A stretch of DNA of 64,000 nt from Anaerolineae bacterium. GTDB taxonomy: Bacteria; Chloroflexota; Anaerolineae; B4-G1; SLSP01. Below, in pieces: positions 44,798-53,678 of this stretch. The stretch spans positions 77,382 to 141,381 of the forward strand of contig DAOOGN010000001.1 of the NCBI GenBank assembly GCA_035415725.1, read 5' to 3'. Positions within the stretch are counted from its first letter, which is position 1; each line of letters begins with the position of its first letter. The notes under the pieces were generated by a model. The model was given only the letters and a program-made list of their open reading frames with translations, was not told the origin of the DNA and did no database searches. The position numbers and the translations under genes are program-made.

Positions 44798-46196
44798 TGG
44801 AGCGCAGGCATCCACGGCGAATGTCATAACCGACAGCATACTGGTCGAAAATCAATCGCGGCGCATTCATCTCTTGCGCAGTGTGGCCTTGATCGTTTTG
44901 GCGGCATGTTCTGTGGTGTTGCTGGGTTACTTCATAGCTCTGTTTTTCATTCCCCATCTCCCTGTTTCACTGCCGGTTGTCGGCGCGATGGCGATCCTAT
45001 CTATGCTCGCTGTGCTTGTTCTGCTCACGCGGGGGCGCTTCGAACCGGCATTACGGCTCGGCATCGTGAGTTTGACCGCGATGTGGTTTGCGGCCATGTA
45101 TTTCCTCAACGGGACGCGGGGGCCGGCGATTTTACTGTCGCCGTTGATCATGTTGATTGCCGGTGTCATAGGTGAACGTCGTTATGCCCGGCCTACCAGC
45201 ATAGTCCATATAGTGTTCTATGGACTGTGCATAGCCTTAGAGTCCCTGGGAGTGATCACCCCTTATCAGATGACGGGACCGGCTTCCTGGGTGGCTTGGC
45301 TTGCATGTTTCATCTTGGCGGCTGTCATAATGATCATGATTAACCGACAGTTTATCGCGTATTTGGGGTATGCTCTCTCGGCTTCTCTGAAGCGCGAGGA
45401 AGCACTGGCGGAAATGAACCGGCTTGCACAGGCATCGGTGGACGCCGAGCGTATGGCACAGACGCAGGCCCAGGAGAACGCGCTCCAGCTCCAGGAAGTG
45501 ACGCAGGAATATGTCACTTTCCTGGAACGTATCGCCGCCGGCGACTACAGCGCCTCGTTGGACTTGAGTGCGTTGGCCGCTAGGCCAAATCTGCCACAGG
45601 AATTAGTCAGCTTAGGAGAATACATCAACACGACGGTTGTCAGTCTGGTATCGGCCTTGAATGAAGCGCAGAATGCCCAGCGAACTTACATGCGTCAGTC
45701 CTGGGAGAGTCTGATGGAAGCCGGCCGCATGCCCGGCGGCTATCGTTATCATGTGGATGAAGAGAGCCAAACAGAGCATGTGGAGATCGCCGAAGACGCC
45801 TGGCTGCCGCCGATGACCGAGGCGGTGCGTTCTCAAGAGGTCGCGGTCCGCCAGGATGAATTGGCGATTCCCATCGCTTCAGGGATGCGCGCGCAATTGA
45901 TCGGCGCGCTGGGGGTGCGCCGCAGCGGGCAGGAAGAATGGAGCGAAGATGAGCTGGCGCTGGTGACAGCGGTGACCGATCAATTGGCGCAAACATTGGA
46001 GAACTTGCGTTTGCTCGATGAAACGACACGCCGTGCAGCGCGCGAACAGATGTCGGGTGAAATCACCGCCCACATCCGTGAAGCAGTGGAAATCGAGGCG
46101 GTCCTGGAGCGCGCCTTGAGCGAACTGGGAGGCGCCTTGGCCGCCGACCGTGGTGCGGTGTATCTGGCGTTGAACGAACAGGAAAAGGCTGAATGA
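44790..46196 (+). CDS. Small membrane member of the family (TM helices, coiled coil, '[11 protein letters not shown]' helical segment, GAF-like C-terminus with tail); paralog of the gene at 25845
   Basis: ATG at 44790 follows GAGGAAGGAGAG and overlaps the upstream TAA; an alternative GTG start lies at 44772. The TM region reads [22 protein letters not shown]...[17 protein letters not shown]. The motifs [28 protein letters not shown] and [18 protein letters not shown] parallel [18 protein letters not shown] in the 25845 gene. Confidence 0.8.
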   Translation: [468 protein letters not shown]

Positions 46197-46248
46197 GAAC
46201 ATCGATCAGCGTGACGATGTCAACAATGCCGGTGATGAGGAAGCGATT

Positions 46249-48042
46249 ATGATGAAATCGTGGGCTGAACAAAAGGCGGATTTAACGGCGGCATGGGACC
46301 GCTTCGTGACGGTCAATGTCCCTGATGAAGAGGAAGCGCGTCTGGGGCGTCTGTTTTGTGTGGTGATGGTGCTGACGTTTGTCCTGGCGCTGGCGCTGGT
46401 ACTGATCTTTGTGATTGCTACCACGCGTGATCTGTTCGCCACCCGGCTTCAGGGGTGGTTGGCGACGGCTTGCTCACTGGTTTTTGTGCCTCTATCGGTG
46501 ATAAGCTTCTTCCGCGCCAAGCAGGGGAACGTTTCTTCTATCGCCTCACTGTTTGTGTGGCTCAATTTTATCGGCATAGCGATAGCCGTTTTGGCCACGG
46601 ACGGCATAAACTCGCCTGTCTGGCTGCTGTTCTTTTGGCCGGTGATGCTGGCCGGCATGTTCTTGGGGCCGCGGAGTGGAGTACGTATGGCCTTCGGCGT
46701 TCTGATCTACTATGGTCTACTGGCGCTGCTGTGGACTTATGTCTTCAAAGTACCCGCGCCGGATTCCTCGGATTCCTCTGTTCGTCTTTTCTATTACCTG
46801 GTGCGGGCCTTTGGATTGTTAATGCTGGTGGCGGCAGCCGGCTTCCTGAATTATCTGAGTATGAGTAGCGTGCGCCAAAATCTGACCCGCACGCGGCTTA
46901 TCAGCCAGGATCTGCGGGCCACGCAGCGTCTGTTGGAGAGACGGGTGGCAGAGCGCACGGATGAATTGGCCAAACGCGCCGAACAGTTCAGGACGATTGC
47001 CGAGCTGAACCGTACCGTCGCCTCGGTTGCAGATATGTCCTTGCTGTTGAATACTGCTGTGCACTTGATTGCGGAACGTCTGGGGTACGATCATGTGGGG
47101 ATTTTCTTCGTCGATCCGCGCGGCGAATGGGCCGTCCTGCGGGCGGCTTCCTCAGAAGGGGGACAGCGCATGTTGGCGCGGGGCCACCGGCTGCGGGTAG
47201 GCCAACAGGGCATCGTGGGCTATGTGGCGGCGACGGGGCTGCCCCGCCTGGCCTTTAGCGTGGGTGAGGACGCCGTCTGGTTCAACAACCCTGACCTGCC
47301 GGATACGCAATCAGAGATAAGCCTGCCGTTGGTGGCACGTGGGCAGACGATCCTCGGTGTGCTGGACATTCAGACGCATGTCAGAGCCGCCTTTACGGAG
47401 GAAGACATAACCGTGTTGCGTATCCTCGCCGATGGTATTGCTGTCGCCGTGGCGAACTCGTTGTCTCTGGAAGAGACGACAACTGCCCTGGCGCGTCTGG
47501 AACGTTATCAAGAACAGGATGCTTTGCACGCCTGGCGTCAGGTCTTGGCCCGGCGGCGGATGCAGGTAGGGTACGGTTTTGAATCGGGCTTTGTTTATCC
47601 GGTGGCCGTGGAGTCTGTGGCGGAGGCTGAGGGGGGCGAATTAAGTGAAGTGACAACCCGTGTGACCGCTGATGGGCGGCACCTTTTGTTGGCGCCGATT
47701 CGTGTCCAAAACCGCAACGTAGGCGTGCTCTCGTTTGAAAAAACGGCGCCCTGGGTCGAGGATCAAATCCAGTTGACACGGTTTGTGGTCGAGCAGTTGG
47801 ACCTGGCGTTGGATAACGCACGTCTGCTCGAAGAGACACGGCTGCGTGCGAATCAAGAGCGTGCGCGCAGTGACATCGTGGGCCGCATCCGCGCCATGAC
47901 CAGCACTGATGCGATCTTGCGCAACGCTGCGCGCGAGTTGGGCCTGGCGTTGCAAGTCGAACGCAGTCGCATACAACTGTTGCCGCCCGGCGAGGGGCGC
48001 GTGGAAGGTCCGGCGCCGTCCGTGGCGCAAGAAGAGGCATAG
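46249..48042 (+). CDS. Multi-TM plus GAF-GAF sensory protein, no output domain
   Basis: Six TM helices. The GAF reads [60 protein letters not shown]...[30 protein letters not shown]. The tail is [53 protein letters not shown]. Confidence 0.86.
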   Translation: [597 protein letters not shown]

Positions 48043-48051
48043 ACGGGTCCT

Positions 48052-49137
48052 ATGAAGATGAAACGTTGGCGTCTGTGGGGGTTGATGATCGCTTTAGCTT
48101 TGGCCATGGCGTGCCAGCCGGCGCAGAGGGGGGCCTTGCCTGCCCCTGTACCGAACGCGCCGGCGCGGGATAAATTGCGCCTTTTCTGGGTCAACAGCTA
48201 TGCCGGCGAAGATGTATGGTCCCAACAAGTACGAACAGGCGTTTTGGAGACATTGGCGCGTAGCGGCTATACGCTTGTAGAGGGCACATTGGAAATGGAG
48301 ACCTTTAATATGGAGGTACAGCAGATCCCTATGATTGACGTCGCTACGCCGGCAGCCAACCGGGCCGTGGAGAAGATTCAGGCTTCCCAACCCGATCTGG
48401 TGGTCGTCGTTGGCGATGTGGCCTCACGTGCTGTCATTCCCCGCTATCCCGATCGCAGCCTCCCCTTTGTTCTGTGCGGATTTGTCGGTGATCCGGCAGT
48501 GTATGGTCTGAATCTACCTAACGTCACCGGAGTTTTGGAGGCCTTGCATCCTGTGCAGACGGTGGCGATGGCGTATGCCTTTGTCGAAGATGCCCAGCAG
48601 TATATGATCCTCAGTGATGGCTCGGTAGCAGGTAAAGCTCGTGCCCTGTCTGCTTATAGTGTTTTAGGACAGAGTGAATACGGCGCCTCGGCGTCATTGT
48701 TTAGGATGGTAGAAACGTGGTCCCGTTGGCAAACGACGGTGTTGGAAGACGCACGCGCCGTGGACTTTATCCTCCTGGCGAGTTATCAGGGTGTGGTGGA
48801 TGATACCGGAGCGCTCGTCGATGAGAAAGAGGTTCTGGCCTGGATGCAGGCTAACTCGCCGGTGCCGGTTTTCGCGTTGTCCGACTTCGCCATTGTCAAT
48901 GGGGCGGTCGGGGGTCTGGTTTCGTATGGCTATGAAGAGGGTGTTTCGGTTGGAGAGATCGTGGTGCGGCTTGCCGCCGGCGAGTCGCCGTCCGATATCG
49001 AGATTCGTGGGCCGGAGCGCAACCTGCTGGCAGTCAATCTGGCGGCCGTGCATCATTGGAACTTGCGCATCCCTATCACATTCCCGCTGGCGGCGCGCAT
49101 CTATAGCACCTTGCCCGCCTCACAAGGAGGTCGTTAA
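48052..49137 (+). CDS. PF04392/COG2984-type ABC-transporter solute-binding protein (secreted or lipoprotein); orphan, no permease or ATPase nearby
   Basis: The signal peptide is MKMKRWRLWGLMIALALAMAC. Family-like motifs are LRLFWVNSYAGEDVW...LPFVLCGFVGDPAVYGLNLPNVTGVLEA, similar to the PGGNITGV region of the 33708 gene. Its stop overlaps the next start as TAATG. Confidence 0.8.
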   Translation: MKMKRWRLWGLMIALALAMACQPAQRGALPAPVPNAPARDKLRLFWVNSYAGEDVWSQQVRTGVLETLARSGYTLVEGTLEMETFNMEVQQIPMIDVATPAANRAVEKIQASQPDLVVVVGDVASRAVIPRYPDRSLPFVLCGFVGDPAVYGLNLPNVTGVLEALHPVQTVAMAYAFVEDAQQYMILSDGSVAGKARALSAYSVLGQSEYGASASLFRMVETWSRWQTTVLEDARAVDFILLASYQGVVDDTGALVDEKEVLAWMQANSPVPVFALSDFAIVNGAVGGLVSYGYEEGVSVGEIVVRLAAGESPSDIEIRGPERNLLAVNLAAVHHWNLRIPITFPLAARIYSTLPASQGGR

Positions 49138-52100
49138 TGTCACAGAAGGGCCTGAGCCTGCGCTGGCGCATGATCTTGATCATCGCGGGTATCCCTTTGT
49201 TGCTCCTGGTGCCGGTTTTCATCTATGTGGGTAGTCAATACCGGGATGCTTACCGCCAGGCCTACTGGGGAAAGGGCGATTTGATCACCGTTCAGTTGCA
49301 GCAAACACTGGAAACTGTCGCGCCTTATGTCGAAACGTTCGCGGATGCGCCGGGATTGGCGACGCTTTTGCGAAAGGCCGTCGAGGGCAGCCCGGAGTTC
49401 GACTTCATTGCTTTGGTGGATAACACGGGCAGAGTGATCGAACACTCCACGCCGGGGTTCAAAGGCACCACCATAACCGAGTTGGCCGGTCTCGATGTCG
49501 CTGAACCCATTGAACGGCGCGAAGTGGCGGCCTTTGGTTCGGTCTATCTCATCTCACGGGCGGTTCCCATGCCCGGTGCAGGTGCCCCGGGGAGTCCCAC
49601 TCAGCAACTCTACATCGTCGTAGGAGAGCGGGCCGAGCTTGTTGACCCTTCGATGAGGGCATTGTTGCTCGTCGGCATCGTCGGGGCGGCGGGACTGATC
49701 GCGTTGTTGTACTTTTCGACGCAGAGACTGGTGTTGCAACCTCTCTCCCGTCTGGCGGAAGGGGCGCGGATCATGGGCGCCGGGGATTTGACCCACACCA
49801 TCTCCATCGAACGGGAGGATGAGATCGGTTCTGTAGCGCAATCGTTCAACGCCATGGCCTCACGCCTGCGCGAAATGGTGGCCGGTCTGGAGCAGCGCAT
49901 TGCCGAGCGTACTGCCGCGCTGGAGCGCCGGACACTGCAACTGGAGACTATCAGCCTGGTCAGCAAAGAAGCGGCCCAGGTGCGCAACGTTATCCTGCTT
50001 CTGGAGACGACCGTGCGGGCCGTTTCCGAGCGCTTCGGTTTCTACCATGTGGGGATTTTCATCCTCGACGATGCCAAGATGTGGGCCATTTTGCGTGCCG
50101 CTTCTTCGGAGGGCGGGCAGCGGATGTTGGCGCGTGGACACCGTTTACAGGTTGGGCAGACAGGGGTAGTGGGCTTTGTGGCCGGTTCTGGCAAGCCGCG
50201 CATCGTCTTTAACGTCGGCGAGGATGCCGTCTGGTTCAACAATCCTGACCTCCCGGCCACGCGCTCGGAGATGGCTTTGCCGCTGCTGGTGGAGAATGAA
50301 GTCATCGGCGTCCTGGACGTGCAGAGTGACGTCCCTCATGCCTTCACCGATGAAGATATCAGCACGCTGCAACTGCTGGCCGACCAGTTGGCCGTAGCGC
50401 TTAACAACGCGCGTGCGCTCGAACAGATGGAAAGCGCGCTGGCCGAAGTTCATGCTCTGCAAGTTGAGTACAGCCGTCAGGGATGGGCACGGATCGCGGC
50501 TCAGACGCGCCCCCTGGCTTACGAATATGATCGGGTGGACGTAAACCCGGTGGCCCCGCTTCCCGTGCCCGCCGAATTGCGTGACGGACGTGCGTCGCGC
50601 GCTCAGCTCATGGATGGCGGCGTGCCGGTGATGATGGAAACATTGCGGGCCGGCGACCGCGTGTTGGGCTATTTGGGACTGGCCGACTCGCAGCACACCT
50701 GGTCCGCCGAGGAACTGTCGCTGGTCGAGAGTGTCGGTGAGCAGGTAGCTCTTGCCCTGGAAAACGCCCGACTCTTTGAAGAGTCTCAGCAGAGCCAGCG
50801 CCAGCAAACCCTCATCAGTAACGTCTTGCAGGTGGCCTCCAATCCCGACCTGAGTTTTGAAGAAGTTTTGGCGGAGATCGCCCGTATTTTGGCGCAGGCG
50901 TTGAATATGGCCGTGGGAATTTATACCTTCCCTGTGCCCAACTTCCCGCGTGTGCAACCCCATGCCGTTCTTGATCCTGCTGGAAAGCGCTTGCCCTTCC
51001 CCGACGAACCCCTCTCGCTTGCCGATGAACATTTCACTTTCCTCCGTGGACTGCGCCGCGCCGAGTTAGGGCCGCTTTCGCCGCTGCTGGGTGGCGTCGA
51101 GCTGACGCCGGATAGCCAGGAATTGCTGTCGCCTTACACCTTGGGGTGCGTGTTCTACGTCCCGTTGGGCAGTGGCGGCTCGCAGCGCGGTTTTATGGCC
51201 CTGCTTCAACCTCAGGACAATGTGTTGCCGCTCGACTCTGAGACCCGCGACCTCGTCCAGCGCCTGGCTAATCAGATTGAAGTTGTTTTGGATAACCTGA
51301 CGCTGACCGAAGAGACGCAGCAACGCTCCGAAGAACTGCGCTCTCTCTACAACATCTCTTTGGTCCTGAGCGAGTTGCTGGAGCCAACGGATGTATTGTC
51401 GGCGATTGTGCAGCAAGGGGAAACACTGCTCGAGGCGGACGGGAGTGAGTTCTTCGAGTACGAGGCCGAAACCGACGCCTTGATTTTGACGCTGGCCCCG
51501 GCGGATGGTTCCATGGGACAGGTGGGACTGCGGTTGCAGCGCGGCGAGGGATTGGCGGGAGAAGCCCTGGATAAACAACAGACGCTCTTTGTCGAGGATG
51601 AGGAGGCCGGGGATAAACGTCTGCCTGCTCCCGGTGGAACGCGCTTTCATGCCAGCATGGCCGTGCCTCTAAGCGGACGGTTTGGTCCGCAAGGGGTGCT
51701 GGTCTTGCACGCCGAAGAAGTCGCTGCCTTTGGCGAGCGAGAAGTGCGTCTGGCTAACCTCTTTGCTCAGCAAGCGGCCGCCGCTTTGGATAACGCGCGG
51801 CTGAACAAAGACGCGCAACGTCGTGCGGAAGAATTCTCCCTGCTCTCCCAGGCCGGCATCGACTTGCTGCCTATTCGGGATGTGGAACAGCTTCTCGCGC
51901 GTGCTGCCGATTGGGCCCGCCGGGTTTTTAACGTGCCGCGTGTCATGATTTATCTGCAAGACTCGGCTACAGGACACTACTTGCACGGGTTAAGCGTGGA
52001 TGCTGCCGAACACAGTTGGCAAGAACAGGAAAGGGTGATGCCTACCCCCGGTGGTCTGACGGAAACCATCATCGCTACCCATGAGAGTGTCCTGGTTCGA

Positions 52101-53642
52101 GATACCCGTGAACATCCCAGTGTCAGCAGTCGGCGGTTGGCCGAGTTGGGACTGCTGTCGCGCATGGGGGTGCCGCTGCGCGTCGGTGAGGATGTGTTAG
52201 GGGCACTCCTGGTCGCCGGCACCGCCGTCAACCAGTTTAGCGAGCGTGAACTGAATATGCTGGAGTTTATGGCGACGCAAATTTCTTCGGCGATCCAGAA
52301 CGCCCTGCAATTCGGTCGCACGGAAGCGGCGTTGAGCGTGGTCCGCCGACAGGCGCGCTATCAGGCCAACGTCTCGCAGGCCGCGGCTCTGCTGACCGAG
52401 CGCGGCACCGAAGCGGTTTTCGATGTACTGCGTTTACTTGGTGAAGCCTCGGCGGCTCAAGGCGTTCTCTATCTGGAGTATCATGCGGCGGAAGATAATG
52501 TCGCCATGGAGGATGCGGTCGGAACCGTTGCCGGCGACTCATACTGGCAGTCCCGGGCAATGTGGATGGCAACGACGCTCCCCACCGACGGGGTTGACAC
52601 GGCGTTGCTCGATCACCTCTCTCTGGAGCGGATGCAGCCCTGGGCCGATCAACTCATCGGCAAACCCTACCTGACGCTCCAACCCGAGGCCCTCCCTGAC
52701 TCGGAGCGGGAACTGATGCAGGCGCTTGGTTTTAACACGCTGTTGGTGTTGACCGTGCGGGGCGAGGCCCTTTATCCTAATGTGATCCTGATAGGCCGCG
52801 CCGACGCTGAAGGGGCCTGGGTGGAAGACGAAATCGTTGCCATGCAGACGGCTGCGGCCACACTTTCTAACACCATTGCGCGTGAACGGGTCTTCCAGGA
52901 AGTTCAGACCTCGCGCACCGAGACTGAAGCCCTGTACCGTGGAAGCGCCGAGTTGAACCTGGCGCAATCTTACGACGGCATCCTGAACGTGTTGCGTACC
53001 CACACCGTCCTGGGGCAGGGCGCCTATCACATGACGTTGCAACTCTTTGACCATCCCTGGACGGATGAGAGCGAACCCCAGTACGCCGAAGTCGTGGCGC
53101 ACTGGACGACCACCGACAGGAGTATGCTGCGGGAGCGGGTATGGCTTGATGATTTCCCGGCCGCGCAGGAATGGGGCCGTCATCCCGGCATGATCGTCCT
53201 GGATGATGTGGAAAATAACCCGCTCTTGAGCCGTAAAAACCGCGCTCTGTTCTCCCGGGTATTCGGCGCCAAGACAGTGATTCTGGTGCCTCTGGTGGCC
53301 AGTGGTCAGCGGATCGGTTTTGTGCATGCGATGTATCCTCAATCCATGGCGTTCTCGGAACAGGAACGTCGCCGCCTGGAAAGCCTGACACAGCAGGCGG
53401 CCATCGCCACGCAGAACCGATTGCAACTGTTGACCATTGAAGCGCGGGTCAATCGGGAGCGGATGATCCGTGAAATCACCGAACGCATTCAGGCTGCACC
53501 GGATGTGCAAGGGGTGTTGCAAGCTGCCGTGCGCGAATTAGGGCGGGCCTTCGGGACGCCGCGCAACCGGATCCAGTTCCGCTCGCCCGGTGAATCGACC
53601 GGCACAGGAACTGATGGAGACGAAGAGAATGAGAGGGAATGA
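49137..53642 (+). CDS. TM-periplasmic sensor-TM-HAMP plus about six tandem GAF domains, sensory protein (1501 aa), no output domain
   Basis: TM1 is [22 protein letters not shown]. A periplasmic segment of about 150 aa follows. TM2 is [19 protein letters not shown]. The HAMP region is [33 protein letters not shown]. GAF1 reads [60 protein letters not shown]...[29 protein letters not shown]. Further GAF-like repeats follow. The tail is [45 protein letters not shown]. Confidence 0.87.
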   Translation: [1501 protein letters not shown]

Positions 53643-53678
53643 TAGCCGGGTCAAGCGCTGCGCTGTTCCTCCGATAAG

